A DNA stretch of 64,000 nt from an uncultured Candidatus Saccharibacteria bacterium (GCA_964357615.1 CAYHMC010000002.1:71481-135480), one strand, 5' to 3'. Shown: positions 9,901-20,517, counted from the stretch's first letter. Notes: generated by a model not told the origin, from the letters alone. Numbers and translations are program-made.

Positions 9901-10835
9901 TTTAGTAAATTAATAACTTTATCTTCGTTAATATTAAATTCGTCAGATGTTGGATAAAGCCAATCATTGCCAAGCTCTCGTTTTATAACTATTTTTTTAA
10001 TAATTTGTTCTCCACAAACCTCTGCAAGCAAAGAATCTGCTGGAATATGACTGCTTTTGCTATCGTCTACGACAATTATTTTCTTAGTTTGTTTTACGCT
10101 TTTAACAATCGGTTCCCAGTTTACCGCCAATGCTGAATTTACATTGAAGTGAGTTGGTTCAATGCCTGCTTTTTTTAAAGCATCACACAATTTTGCGGTC
10201 TGCTTAAACGAATAATTAAAAGATACAATGGTTACATCATCTCCTTCAGAATATAAGAACATTCCGCCATTTCCAAAATTAGATATTGGATTACTGACTG
10301 GCAAAACTTCCTCTTTGCTTAATTTTTGACTCAATCCAATAATTCTAAATCCAGGCTTAGTAAGATATTCTTTGAGTAGGTAATCTGCATCAAAACCATT
10401 CGTAACGGCAAATCCTGGTACTTTCGCTATTGAACAAAAATCAGAAAAATTATTAAGACTTGATTGTGGGCCTTCATAACCACTATCAACAACAATTGCT
10501 ACAATTGTAAATGACCCATTTTTTGACTCATGCTTAATACTCCTAAGTATATTATAAGTATTCACTAAATGATCTATCCCTAAAAGCAAAAAATCCATCT
10601 GCTTCATAAAGAAAATTGCCTTAGCGCCATTTAACATTAGACCAAAACCAAACCCAACTAAACTATTTTCAGTGTTTGTTGAATTAATAATTTTACTACC
10701 TTCTTCTACTTTCATTCCCCTAGTAATTCCACCCAAACAAGAACCAGCGTTGATGTTTTGTCCATAAAGAACGATGTTGGCCGGTTTTTTAACCTCATCC
10801 TTTATTAAATTATTAAGATATTCAGCGTATTTCAT
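9897..10835 (-). CDS. Transketolase C-terminal section / E1-beta-like TPP enzyme subunit
   Basis: 312 aa pyrimidine-binding/transketolase-C-like. 4-nt overlap with upstream partner gene. Confidence 0.7.
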   Translation of the reverse strand: MKYAEYLNNLIKDEVKKPANIVLYGQNINAGSCLGGITRGMKVEEGSKIINSTNTENSLVGFGFGLMLNGAKAIFFMKQMDFLLLGIDHLVNTYNILRSIKHESKNGSFTIVAIVVDSGYEGPQSSLNNFSDFCSIAKVPGFAVTNGFDADYLLKEYLTKPGFRIIGLSQKLSKEEVLPVSNPISNFGNGGMFLYSEGDDVTIVSFNYSFKQTAKLCDALKKAGIEPTHFNVNSALAVNWEPIVKSVKQTKKIIVVDDSKSSHIPADSLLAEVCGEQIIKKIVIKRELGNDWLYPTSDEFNINEDKVINLLK

Positions 10836-11805
10836 TTTTTAATTCATTAAGTACTGTTTTTGATAATTCCAGGTACTCCTTTTTATCCATTGTTTTAGAT
10901 ATGACAAACAATGGATCTTCGTCGCTTTCTTTAATTATCCCACCAACAGGCAGAAGATTCACCAAATCAATTGTTCTTGCCAACCCTGCGTGATAATTAA
11001 TATAGCGACCATCTTCTGCCTTCCAATCACCTAAAGTCTTTACGCTTATCTCGGCACAGATTGGGCCCATATTTTCCAAAGAACTCTTTCTTAATTCACT
11101 AATTACCTCAATATAATCACTAACAGAATTACCTTGAATTTTTAAATATGGAACTTCCAAAGAACCACAAAGTTTTTCTAAATTAATTTCATGACGCCTT
11201 TCAGAAATATGTGTTCCAAGTGACCATTCGTTGTTTTCAATTAGAAAAACTAAACTTGTGCCCCACGACTTTGCATTTAGAATATTTTCATAAAAACTTC
11301 CCTCTTCAATTGAGCCGTCACCACCAAATACAAAAGTTACTAATGATTCAGATCTTAGTTTGTGAGCCATGGCGATACCTTGGGCAACTGAAAAATTATT
11401 ACCCAAAATACTAGAAGAATAAATAATTCCTTTAGCAGGATTTATAAGATTCATAGAGCCAAGCCTCCCACCCATAATACCGTCTGATTTAAGCAGATAT
11501 TCGTCTAATATTGGCCTTAATTTACCACATTGCATTAAGTTAAATTCAATATTTCTATGCGATAAAACTAACTTATCACCATCTTTTAAAACACGGTTTA
11601 TTGCAACCGCGATAGCTTCATGTCCCAGCGCCAAATGAATTGGAATTTTGAATTTACCAGCCTTTCCTTCTTCATTAATTAAAATTTGGCTAAAACGCAA
11701 AAAAAGTAAATCTTTGACTATTTGTTCATTCGTATTACTCATTTTAATTATTGTACTCTGTTGATTTATTTTGTCCATCAAACAAAATGTAATTTGATAT
11801 TTCAA
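10822..11805 (-). CDS. Transketolase N-terminal section / E1-alpha-like TPP-binding subunit
   Basis: GGDGSIEEGSFYE...N TPP-binding GDG-N motif. Confidence 0.7.
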   Translation of the reverse strand: MKYQITFCLMDKINQQSTIIKMSNTNEQIVKDLLFLRFSQILINEEGKAGKFKIPIHLALGHEAIAVAINRVLKDGDKLVLSHRNIEFNLMQCGKLRPILDEYLLKSDGIMGGRLGSMNLINPAKGIIYSSSILGNNFSVAQGIAMAHKLRSESLVTFVFGGDGSIEEGSFYENILNAKSWGTSLVFLIENNEWSLGTHISERRHEINLEKLCGSLEVPYLKIQGNSVSDYIEVISELRKSSLENMGPICAEISVKTLGDWKAEDGRYINYHAGLARTIDLVNLLPVGGIIKESDEDPLFVISKTMDKKEYLELSKTVLNELKNEIR

Positions 11806-11825
11806 ATATTTTATTTTGTGGTATT

Positions 11826-12317
11826 ATGAAAATTATGGAAATTCCAAAACTAGAACAAAGCGAACTTAATAATCTTCTAAATTTAGCCACCAATTCCGAG
11901 AGACGTCGCGCTCCAAAAATACTTCATAAACCAGGTGCCTCCTTTAATGAAGTCATAAATATTGTTATGCGTGATTCTTATATGCAACCCCACAATCATC
12001 CGAGCAATGAAAAAATTGAAAAAATATATATTATACAAGGCAAGATGGCTGTAGTTTTTTTTGATAAAAACGGCACAATGAACAAATCTATAATCCTAGA
12101 AAGTGGGGTCAGAGACCTCATAGAAATCCCGGCCTTTAGCTGGCATACATATGTAGCACTCACAGATTATACAGTTTCATACGAAACTATGGATGGAATA
12201 TATGATCCCAAAACTTGGAAAGAATTTGCTCTTTGGGCCCCAAAAGAAGGTACGCAGGAAGCGATTGAATATTTGGCCAACATCAAAAAAGAGGCAGTAA
12301 GCCTCTCAATTTTGTAA
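11826..12317 (+). CDS. WbuC-family cupin protein
   Basis: 163 aa, cupin HxH...H pattern (MQPHNHPSNE), O-antigen-cluster-type WbuC-like. Confidence 0.5.
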   Translation: MKIMEIPKLEQSELNNLLNLATNSERRRAPKILHKPGASFNEVINIVMRDSYMQPHNHPSNEKIEKIYIIQGKMAVVFFDKNGTMNKSIILESGVRDLIEIPAFSWHTYVALTDYTVSYETMDGIYDPKTWKEFALWAPKEGTQEAIEYLANIKKEAVSLSIL

Positions 12318-12320
12318 TTT

Positions 12321-13409
12321 CTATACCTCGTTAGATTTTATCCAGCGGAACTCATCTGATAAAAATTTATTTTCATAAAGATATTCCATTTGTTGAAGTC
12401 TATAAAAATTTCTATTTTTAAACATATTAGATGTTAGTGAAATTTTATTAAATACTTCAATCATTTCCCTCACCCCGGAAGTGACAGACCACTTACACTC
12501 AAATCCTGGAAAAACTTTTTTAATTTTTTCAAACGACACTTTGTAATTTCTTGTATCAGCCCCACCCCCCTTCACCTTACGGTCTGCCACCAATCCCGAA
12601 TCATCCAATTCTGGATTTTCTTTTAAAAACTTAATTTCGCATCCTGTATTGTATTCTTGAATAATTTTTGCGATTTCTATTACTTGAAGATTATTTTTAT
12701 CATCCCCAACATTTAAAATTAACAACTCCCCATCACTATAATCCAAATCAATAGAACGCTTAATTGCTTCGCAAAAATCTAGAACATGTATATTTGGTCT
12801 CCACGCAGTTCCGTCAGAATTTAATATGATTCTATTTTCTGTAAATGCCATGCCAGTAAGCATATTTATTACGATATCAAATCTTATTCTAGGCGAAGAA
12901 CCAAAAGCAGTAGCAAAACGAAGCGCGATAGGAGAAAAATTTTTATCACTAATAGACTTAAGATCTTCCTCAATTTGCAGTTTATTTATTGAATATCCTG
13001 TTTGTGGGTTAGTAGGTGAAGTTTCTGCTAAGTATTCATCTGATCCAATGCCGTAAACGGAACAACTGGATGCAAAAATAAATCTCACACCTTTTTCTTT
13101 GCATTTTTTTGCAAGCATTAAACTATATAACCTGACTGGATCATAAACCTTACTATTATCCATTTTCTTTAGTGGATCATTTGAAATTCCTGACAAATGA
13201 ACAACCACATCAATTCCAGATAAATCATCATCAGTTATATCTCGCACATCTTTCCATATGATTTTTTTAGATTGTGGCTCGTTATACAAAAAACAATCTT
13301 TAAAAAAACCAGTATCGTAACCGATGCATTCAAAACCACAATTTTCTAAGTATGGAACCAAAACAGTTCCTATGTAACCACTGGAACCAGTTACTAAAAT
13401 TTTTTTCAT
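12321..13409 (-). CDS. NAD-dependent epimerase/dehydratase (SDR), sugar-nucleotide modifying
   Basis: N-terminal VTGSSGYIGTVL Rossmann. Paralog of 17233-18261. Confidence 0.75.
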   Translation of the reverse strand: MKKILVTGSSGYIGTVLVPYLENCGFECIGYDTGFFKDCFLYNEPQSKKIIWKDVRDITDDDLSGIDVVVHLSGISNDPLKKMDNSKVYDPVRLYSLMLAKKCKEKGVRFIFASSCSVYGIGSDEYLAETSPTNPQTGYSINKLQIEEDLKSISDKNFSPIALRFATAFGSSPRIRFDIVINMLTGMAFTENRIILNSDGTAWRPNIHVLDFCEAIKRSIDLDYSDGELLILNVGDDKNNLQVIEIAKIIQEYNTGCEIKFLKENPELDDSGLVADRKVKGGGADTRNYKVSFEKIKKVFPGFECKWSVTSGVREMIEVFNKISLTSNMFKNRNFYRLQQMEYLYENKFLSDEFRWIKSNEV

Positions 13410-13419
13410 TTTAAAATTA

Positions 13420-14298
13420 TTAATCTATTCGAAGCGCGCTTATAAAACCAGTTTCTAAATTTTGAAAATCCTTAGCTCTTCCAACATCTAGATGCGGAGA
13501 ACCAGCCTCAATTGATACAGAAAATCCAGATTCTTTTAGCTTATTCTCAATTTCAGTAAAACCATAGTGATATTCAGCGACAATTCTTTTAAATTTTCTA
13601 AGTGCCTGTTTTGTTGTATTTAAAATTATATCTTTTTCATATCCCTCACAATCCAACTTCAAAATTCCATCGCTTATTCCATTTTTTTCTACAAAATTTT
13701 CTAAAGTAAACACGGGAGTTTCCTTAAGATCTTCCCAATGTTTTTCCCAAAATATTTTCTTAGCATTTTTATCTTCAAGAAAGCTTCCAGTCCAACCACC
13801 CAGAGCGCCAAAAACCGGAATGCATTTATCAGTTAAATTATTTAGCTTAAAATTATTTTCCATCAATTTATACATAGAAGAAACTGGCTCAACTCCATAA
13901 ACTTTTTTGGCACCATTTAAGGCAAAATATATGGCTGTTTCTCCGAACGATGCACCAACATCAACAACGGTGCTATCTTTGAGTTCTTCTTTAGTCAAAT
14001 AATTTGAATAAACTTCTCTTAGAAAAATCTCTCCAACCATATTTGGTTTCCATTCTCCAAAATCAATTTTTAATTCACTATTTTTATATGGAAACTTTAA
14101 TACGGTTCCCGCTACCTTTGCATCTGGATATTCTCTAAATATATTTACATAATCCATAAACAAATCTCTATTATCAAACTTTAATACTAACCCGGACTTA
14201 AAATATGCAGTTCCGCTATTTTTAAATAAAAGTGTAGGCCAATTTTTTGTAGTAACCACAACTCTAAGTAATGATTTTATTTTATTTTTTATTTTCAT
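13420..14298 (-). CDS. FkbM-family methyltransferase
   Basis: VVDVGASFGETAIYFAL SAM motif. Confidence 0.65.
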   Translation of the reverse strand: MKIKNKIKSLLRVVVTTKNWPTLLFKNSGTAYFKSGLVLKFDNRDLFMDYVNIFREYPDAKVAGTVLKFPYKNSELKIDFGEWKPNMVGEIFLREVYSNYLTKEELKDSTVVDVGASFGETAIYFALNGAKKVYGVEPVSSMYKLMENNFKLNNLTDKCIPVFGALGGWTGSFLEDKNAKKIFWEKHWEDLKETPVFTLENFVEKNGISDGILKLDCEGYEKDIILNTTKQALRKFKRIVAEYHYGFTEIENKLKESGFSVSIEAGSPHLDVGRAKDFQNLETGFISALRID

Positions 14299-15187
14299 TT
14301 TTAAAATTTTTAATTGTTCTATCTACGCCTTGCTCAATTGAAAACTTGGGCTTCCATCCGACATCTTTCTTTATTTTAAGAATATTAGCATAAAATCCAG
14401 TAATTTTAGGGGGCTCTTTCATCCTTTTCGACATACCGAATTCCTTTGCTACAATATTATTTATCTTTGCAACGCTTGTAAGATATCCAGCCCCTATATT
14501 ATACACTTCCTTCTGTTTTTTGCATCTTAAAAGAAGGGCGTTAATTGCAGAGACAACATCATCAACATATATAAAATCATTACCACCTTTTTTATTTTTA
14601 ATAATTGGTAGAGATTTTTTATTATATTGAGAAATCAAAAACGGAATTAGGGAAGCTGATTTTTGTCTGGGACCATATACAAAAAATAAAATTGCCCATA
14701 TAAACTGAATGCCAAATTCATCGGATATTCTCTCTCCAGTCAATTTTATTTGATTCTTTGCTTCAACAAAAGATACAACTGGCTGATGTGGTGGTTTACG
14801 ACTATCACTTTCTTTAACTGCGCCCGAAGCATCACCATATTCCCAAGCACTACCTACGCTTATAATTTTTTTGCATCCCACTTTTGCACTTAATTCAAAA
14901 AGTTTTTTGCTATAAGTAAAATTTCTTTTACTCATCGATATTCCATAATCTGGAATTCCTTCCCAAGCAAGATGTATTACTGCTTCGGGCTTAAATTCAC
15001 TCAATTCATTTCCCCAGCTACTTATTTCTTTTAAGTTTCCTTTTAGATAAGTTATTTTTTTGCTGTGTTTGGTTTTATAAGAATCTGGGTTATTCGATAA
15101 TAAAAGTAAATTATGTTTGCCAGAAACAAGTTTAGAAACCAAATGCCTGCCAATAAAACCAGAACCACCAGTTATAAATATTCTCAT
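14282..15187 (-). CDS. NAD-dependent epimerase/dehydratase (SDR)
   Basis: MRIFITGGSGFIGRHL Rossmann N-terminus. Confidence 0.7.
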   Translation of the reverse strand: MRIFITGGSGFIGRHLVSKLVSGKHNLLLLSNNPDSYKTKHSKKITYLKGNLKEISSWGNELSEFKPEAVIHLAWEGIPDYGISMSKRNFTYSKKLFELSAKVGCKKIISVGSAWEYGDASGAVKESDSRKPPHQPVVSFVEAKNQIKLTGERISDEFGIQFIWAILFFVYGPRQKSASLIPFLISQYNKKSLPIIKNKKGGNDFIYVDDVVSAINALLLRCKKQKEVYNIGAGYLTSVAKINNIVAKEFGMSKRMKEPPKITGFYANILKIKKDVGWKPKFSIEQGVDRTIKNFKNENKK

Positions 15188-15323
15188 AATTACTTATGTT
15201 AAACAATAATGGAATGCGTTAGTAAGTCAAAATTATATCAAAATTTTATAGTCCTTCAAGCGCATTATTTATATTTCAATTACTTTAAAAATTGTTTTGT
15301 TCTTTTTTATATCATTATTTGTA

Positions 15324-15352
15324 TTGACATTTATATAATTTAGTTGTATTAT
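15324..15352 (+). promoter_or_regulatory. Sigma70-type promoter (TTGACA-17-TATTAT) for 15387 gene
   Basis: TTGACA 15324-15329, 17-nt spacer, TATTAT 15347-15352, GGAG RBS before ATG. Confidence 0.5.
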
Positions 15353-15386
15353 TCGGAAAGTTTCGGAACCAGAAAAGGAGTGTTCA

Positions 15387-15881
15387 ATGGCAGTTTATTA
15401 CATTCTGGTTGGCTCACTGGGTGCAGGCAAATCTACGATTCGTAAACAATTTGATTTCTGCAAAATAGTCTGTCCGGATGATTATAGGGACGAATGTAGA
15501 GTTGATGTCAAAACTGCATACGATATGGCAAGAAAAGAAATTCCTAAGCTACTTCAAGCTGGCAATGATGTATTGCTGGATGCCACCAATGCTTATCCAG
15601 AAAAAAGGATTGGGATGATTAATATTGGAAAACCATTCGCATCAGAAGTAATTTGCATTTGGATGGATACGCCCAAAGAACTATGCTTAGCGCGCCACGA
15701 AGAAAGACTTGCTCGCATGATAGCAAACAAAGAAGACATTCACCGTTACGAGAATCAAGCTAAGCCAATAGCAGATATAATTGTGGATTATTGTGATGCC
15801 CTTCGTGATCATCCACCAAATTTACTCGAGGGATTTAATCAAATTATCCGAATTAAACCATCTGAGATACAAGAGCTCTAA
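15387..15881 (+). CDS. P-loop kinase (AAA_33/polynucleotide-kinase-like)
   Basis: Walker A GSLGAGKST. Opposite strand to flanking glycan genes. GC slightly above local background. Confidence 0.5.
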   Translation: MAVYYILVGSLGAGKSTIRKQFDFCKIVCPDDYRDECRVDVKTAYDMARKEIPKLLQAGNDVLLDATNAYPEKRIGMINIGKPFASEVICIWMDTPKELCLARHEERLARMIANKEDIHRYENQAKPIADIIVDYCDALRDHPPNLLEGFNQIIRIKPSEIQEL

Positions 15882-15891
15882 ACTAATTATG

Positions 15892-16488
15892 TTAAAGCTC
15901 TTTTTTATTTATTTTTTTTACAATCTTGGCCGCTTCTTTTAAATTTTTTGAAGTAAAATCTGGCTTAATATTCCCATACATTTTATCAAGTCTAGGATGT
16001 CCGGGACCAGTTTTAACTTGTATAGTTTTAACCTTTGCGTTTTGCCCAGCCAAAACATCTATGATTGCATCACCAATCATAAAACTTTTCTTAGGGTCAA
16101 TGTTAAATTCGCTTATAGCTTTTAAAATTAGACCCGGGTTTGGTTTTCGGCAATTACACTTAATATTGTATGGGGGGATTTTCCCATCTGGATGATGCGG
16201 GCAAAAATATACCCCATCGATATCAGCTTTTTTTCTCTTTAATCGCTCAATTAAATTACTATGCAAATTTTCCATTTCCTTAGGCGTTATCAAACCACGA
16301 GAAATAACGGCTTGATTTGTAATTATAACTACCATAAATCCTAATTCGTTGAATATTTTAATAGCTTCTACAACATGAGGCAAAATAAATAACTGCCTAG
16401 GTCTCACAATAAAATTATCGGTGTGTCTCGTAATTGTTCCATCTCGATCTAAAAATATTGCTTTCTTTTTTGTATTGGATTTAAGCAC
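15892..16488 (-). CDS. gmhB: D-glycero-D-manno-heptose 1,7-bisphosphate phosphatase (HAD-IIIA)
   Basis: FLDRDGTIT motif and GmhB-like length. Confidence 0.8.
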   Translation of the reverse strand: MLKSNTKKKAIFLDRDGTITRHTDNFIVRPRQLFILPHVVEAIKIFNELGFMVVIITNQAVISRGLITPKEMENLHSNLIERLKRKKADIDGVYFCPHHPDGKIPPYNIKCNCRKPNPGLILKAISEFNIDPKKSFMIGDAIIDVLAGQNAKVKTIQVKTGPGHPRLDKMYGNIKPDFTSKNLKEAAKIVKKINKKEL

Positions 16489-16494
16489 AACTTT

Positions 16495-17208
16495 TTATTT
16501 TAATAAATTTATTGATGAAAAATACTTAGCAACAACCGAAATCTTATCGGGAGTAGTTATACTGTAATATCTTTCGCTAGTTAAGTATCCAGATAGTTGC
16601 TTCATCTCTATTAGTTTGGGCAAAATATTTGCTTCGAAAGAAAAATTTTCTTCTGGCATAATATCTAAAACTTTTTTATCTAAAATATAAAAACCAATTT
16701 CAACTCCGTTTACCCTAGAATCAGTTCGGCTCTTATCATAAATTTTAACTAAGCCAGACTCATCTACGAGAGTATTATTTTTAGTAACTCCATCTTTGTT
16801 TTCGTAAACAGTTATTGAGGCTAAAGTATTGTGTCTCGCGTAAAATTCACAAATTTTTTCCAAATTAAGTGGCCAATAATTATCAGAATATAAAAGTAAA
16901 AATTTTTCATTCAACAATTTTTTTACTTTTCGAATTCTAGTGCCAGTTTCGTCGTCAATAGAAGTAATTGAATATTTTATTCTAAGTCCATATTTTTCAC
17001 CATTTCCAAAATAATCTACAATTTTATCTGGCATATATCCCAGAAGCATAATAATTTCCTCTATACCGTTTTTTTTAAGCTCGCCAACTAAATATTCTAA
17101 AAAAGGTTTGCTGTTAACTTCCACCATTGGCTTGGGTCTATCTTTAGTAAGAGGCATTAAACGACCTCCTCTCCCGCCAGCAAGTATAACTGCTTGTTTA
17201 ATAACCAT
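16495..17208 (-). CDS. hddC: D-glycero-alpha-D-manno-heptose 1-phosphate guanylyltransferase
   Basis: ILAGGRGGRLMPLTKDRPKPMV nucleotidyltransferase signature. Pathway context. Confidence 0.75.
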   Translation of the reverse strand: MVIKQAVILAGGRGGRLMPLTKDRPKPMVEVNSKPFLEYLVGELKKNGIEEIIMLLGYMPDKIVDYFGNGEKYGLRIKYSITSIDDETGTRIRKVKKLLNEKFLLLYSDNYWPLNLEKICEFYARHNTLASITVYENKDGVTKNNTLVDESGLVKIYDKSRTDSRVNGVEIGFYILDKKVLDIMPEENFSFEANILPKLIEMKQLSGYLTSERYYSITTPDKISVVAKYFSSINLLK

Positions 17209-17232
17209 GGGTCATTTTAATTCTCTTCTTAA

Positions 17233-18261
17233 TTAATTCCACACTAAGTTTGAATTCAATTTTTTTGAATCAACCAAGAACTTAATTTGCTGTAATCTGT
17301 TGCAAGTTCTATTTCTAAACTGATCTTCTGTGAAATTTACTTTCTTGAATAACTCTACAAGTTCAATGCCTCCTTTATCTAAATTCCACTCTGGCTTATA
17401 GTAATCCTTTAAAACTGTTAATATTTTATTAAAAGATACTCTATATGTACGCGGGTCATTATGCTCTCCAGTGAAAACAAGTGTGCTACCACTTACTGCG
17501 CGCTGAGCCGCTTCAGCTAAGTCACGAACCGTATAATTTCCATTTGGTATTCCAACATTAAAAGATTCTCCACTTACTAATTCAATTGGAGCCTCTATGG
17601 CCGCGACAAATGCATTAGAAACATCAAGTACATGCACAACTGGCCTCCAGGGCGTGCCATCACTTTTAATTTCGATTTTCCCTGTCGTATAGGCCGATGC
17701 AACTAAGTTATTAAAAACAATATCACATCTAAGTCTAGGACTTGCTCCAAAAACTGTAGATGGACGCAAACAAACAACAGTAAATTTATCTGAATTCATT
17801 TTCTTTAACTCAACTTCGGCGCTCCATTTTGTTTTTGCATATTCAGTAACACCAAATGGACCTGCCTTATCTTCGGTCAGTTCCTCACTTGTATCTGCCA
17901 CTCCATACATGCTCTGCGATGAAGAATATATAAATCTTTTAATACCAGCTTCTTTAGCAAGCTTGGCAAGATTAACAGTTGCTTTGTAATTTATCTCATT
18001 TGTTAGATTAGCATCAAATTCCCCCAATGGATCATTCGAAAGCGCCGCCAAATGAATAATTGCGTCGAAACCTTCTAGTTGTTTTTTATTAACATTTCTA
18101 ATATCCCAAAAAATCTGCTCATTTGGCAAAATAGCTTCAAGCACTAAATTGTCTGCATAATAACCAGTGTCAAAACCACGCACAAAATATCCCTTCTTTT
18201 TAAGAATATCTGTGAGGACCGAACCAATATATCCAAGATTTCCAGTAAGTAATATTTTCAT
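17233..18261 (-). CDS. NAD-dependent epimerase/dehydratase (SDR), candidate GDP-heptose modifying enzyme
   Basis: MKILLTGNLGYIGSVL. Paralog of 12321-13409. Confidence 0.7.
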   Translation of the reverse strand: MKILLTGNLGYIGSVLTDILKKKGYFVRGFDTGYYADNLVLEAILPNEQIFWDIRNVNKKQLEGFDAIIHLAALSNDPLGEFDANLTNEINYKATVNLAKLAKEAGIKRFIYSSSQSMYGVADTSEELTEDKAGPFGVTEYAKTKWSAEVELKKMNSDKFTVVCLRPSTVFGASPRLRCDIVFNNLVASAYTTGKIEIKSDGTPWRPVVHVLDVSNAFVAAIEAPIELVSGESFNVGIPNGNYTVRDLAEAAQRAVSGSTLVFTGEHNDPRTYRVSFNKILTVLKDYYKPEWNLDKGGIELVELFKKVNFTEDQFRNRTCNRLQQIKFLVDSKKLNSNLVWN

Positions 18262-18267
18262 TTAAAA

Positions 18268-18870
18268 TTAACTAACAATTTTCTCTTCAAGATAATCAAA
18301 ATGATCTTGAAAATATTTTGTCATTAAGTGAAGTATCGTTCCGTGAACACTTTCCACAATTTCATATTCTCCTTTTTCTGTTTGGACAATTATTTTAGCG
18401 TCAGCGAGCGTATTTAATTTACCACCATCAAATCCAGACAACCCAATCACGGGTATGTGATTTAATTTTGCTAATTCAACAGCCTTAATTATATTGGGTG
18501 AATTGCCAGAACTTGATATTGCGATAATTGTATCATTGTCTTGAAGATAGTTTTTTAGAGGGCCTGCAAAAACCATATCATACCCGCTATCATTAGCCCA
18601 AGCAGTAAGTTCTGATTCAGTAGATGGGAGACGAATAGCTTGAAATCTTCTTCTGTTTTTATCAAGATGGTGACTAAAGACAGTTTTATTAAAGTCGCTT
18701 ACCCAGTGAGTAGCAAGCGCAAGCGAGCCACCATTGCCAAATATATATATCTTTCCGTCGCGCTCATAGGTTGCCTGCAAAATAGACAATGCCTTCGCAA
18801 TTTCATTTTTGGGTAAATTATTTAACGCCAAAGAAACTTTATTTGAAAAATTTTGAATATATTCTTCCAT
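18268..18870 (-). CDS. gmhA: Sedoheptulose 7-phosphate isomerase (SIS domain)
   Basis: IYIFGNGGSLALATH SIS motif, 200 aa. Confidence 0.8.
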   Translation of the reverse strand: MEEYIQNFSNKVSLALNNLPKNEIAKALSILQATYERDGKIYIFGNGGSLALATHWVSDFNKTVFSHHLDKNRRRFQAIRLPSTESELTAWANDSGYDMVFAGPLKNYLQDNDTIIAISSSGNSPNIIKAVELAKLNHIPVIGLSGFDGGKLNTLADAKIIVQTEKGEYEIVESVHGTILHLMTKYFQDHFDYLEEKIVS

Positions 18871-18872
18871 TT

Positions 18873-19892
18873 TTAAGATTGTCGAATATTAGAATCTTGA
18901 TTCATTAAAACTTCTACGCCCGACTGCACAAATTTAATCGGTATAAGTGTAAAATCATTAAGTTTATTTTTTACCGCCACTTCCTGCAGTTTAATTCTTA
19001 TGTTATTTTTGTTTTCTGGAGAAGCAATAAAAAGCAAACAACCACCCCCACCAGCACCAAGCACCTTCCCGCCCCAAGCCCCAGCACTAATACCAGCACT
19101 ATATAATTCATCGATTACGGGATTTGAAACATTTGATGCAAGTGTTTTTTTAGTCAACCACCCATCATGAAGAATTTCTCCTAATCGTTTAAAATTACCT
19201 TTTAAAAGCTGTTCTCTAAATTCAAAAACTGATTCTGCCATTTTTTTAAGCTCATCTTGTTTTTTTACAATATTACTTTTTTGCTCAGTTAAAACCGAAG
19301 AGGCAAGCCTAGTTACCCCCGTAAAGAAAACACTGATGTGACTCTCTAAGTCTGACATTTTTCTAAAATCCAAATGAACTGGAGTTACATCAACAGTATT
19401 ATCATTATTAAATTGAAATATATTTAAACCCCCAAACGCAGATGCATATTGATCCTGTTTCCCAATTGGTTCTTTTAGAAGATTAATCTCAAGATGCGAT
19501 GCTAACTCTGCAATTTCCCCCCTATTTGCATTTTTTCCCTTAAAAACCAGCAAGGCTTTCATTAGGGCAACCGAAAAACTAGAAGATGAACCTAGTCCTG
19601 TTTTTACTGGAACATCAGAAAATGTTCCAACATCAATTCCACTTAAAATATCCTGATGAATTAACGCCTCTCTAATTCTTCCATTCAATAATTCTTTAGG
19701 GTGATTAACTTGCTCTGTTATGCCATATCTAGCTGAAACATTCCGAACAAGTGGAGGGCGATTTATAGTAACATACACATATTTGTCAATTGCAGCCGAA
19801 ATAACCCTACCAGTATTGTTTTTATAAAAATCAGGAAGATCTGTACCACCACCAACAAAACTAACTCTAAGTGGCGCTCTGACTATAATCAT
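18873..19892 (-). CDS. hddA: D-glycero-alpha-D-manno-heptose 7-phosphate kinase (GHMP kinase)
   Basis: RAPLRVSFVGGGTDLPDFY GHMP N-terminal motif typical of HddA. Confidence 0.75.
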   Translation of the reverse strand: MIIVRAPLRVSFVGGGTDLPDFYKNNTGRVISAAIDKYVYVTINRPPLVRNVSARYGITEQVNHPKELLNGRIREALIHQDILSGIDVGTFSDVPVKTGLGSSSSFSVALMKALLVFKGKNANRGEIAELASHLEINLLKEPIGKQDQYASAFGGLNIFQFNNDNTVDVTPVHLDFRKMSDLESHISVFFTGVTRLASSVLTEQKSNIVKKQDELKKMAESVFEFREQLLKGNFKRLGEILHDGWLTKKTLASNVSNPVIDELYSAGISAGAWGGKVLGAGGGGCLLFIASPENKNNIRIKLQEVAVKNKLNDFTLIPIKFVQSGVEVLMNQDSNIRQS

Positions 19893-19938
19893 AATATAAG
19901 AACTCTACCTAAAAAAAGATGAAAATACAAGATTGACG

Positions 19939-20502
19939 CTATATATTAATAGCTCCTTTTTGCTCGCAAAACTCCTTAAAACTTTTGGCTTTTGAGTCTT
20001 TCTCTGATATGTTTGACGGTATTTTTGTGGGCCAAACAATACCCAAATCAGAATCATTCCAATGAATTGTATCCGAATTTTCCGGAGCATAGTAATTCCC
20101 CATTTTATAATACAAAACACAATTAGTTGTTAGAGTACACATTCCAAGGGCAAATCCCTCTGGAATAAAAACCATTTTGTGATTTTCTTTAGACAACAAA
20201 ACGCTATCCCATTTACCGAAAGTTGCAGAATTTTTCCTTAAATCAACATAAGCAAAAAAAACTTCGCCTTCCATAATTTTTACAAGCTTGGCTTCTGCGT
20301 TTGGTGGATATTGAAAATGCAAACCCCTAATTGTATCTTTTTCTTTGCTAAACGAATAATTTTCTTGAACCCACTCACGATTAAGTCCATTTTCTTTAAA
20401 AATTTTCTCATCATAAACCCGCATAAAAAATCCCCGATTGTCACCTTTGGGTTCGAGCTCTATCTCAAACGCCCCCTTTAGTTTTGACTCTTTAAACTTC
20501 AT
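19939..20502 (-). CDS. RmlC-like cupin sugar-nucleotide 3,5-epimerase
   Basis: 187 aa, GDNRGFF...RGLHFQ RmlC family motifs. Confidence 0.75.
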   Translation of the reverse strand: MKFKESKLKGAFEIELEPKGDNRGFFMRVYDEKIFKENGLNREWVQENYSFSKEKDTIRGLHFQYPPNAEAKLVKIMEGEVFFAYVDLRKNSATFGKWDSVLLSKENHKMVFIPEGFALGMCTLTTNCVLYYKMGNYYAPENSDTIHWNDSDLGIVWPTKIPSNISEKDSKAKSFKEFCEQKGAINI

Positions 20503-20517
20503 AACAATTTTATGTTA

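Noticed and set aside
19905-20120. 71-aa ORF overlapping the RmlC-like gene
   Set aside because: Overlaps the start of a well-supported gene in another frame
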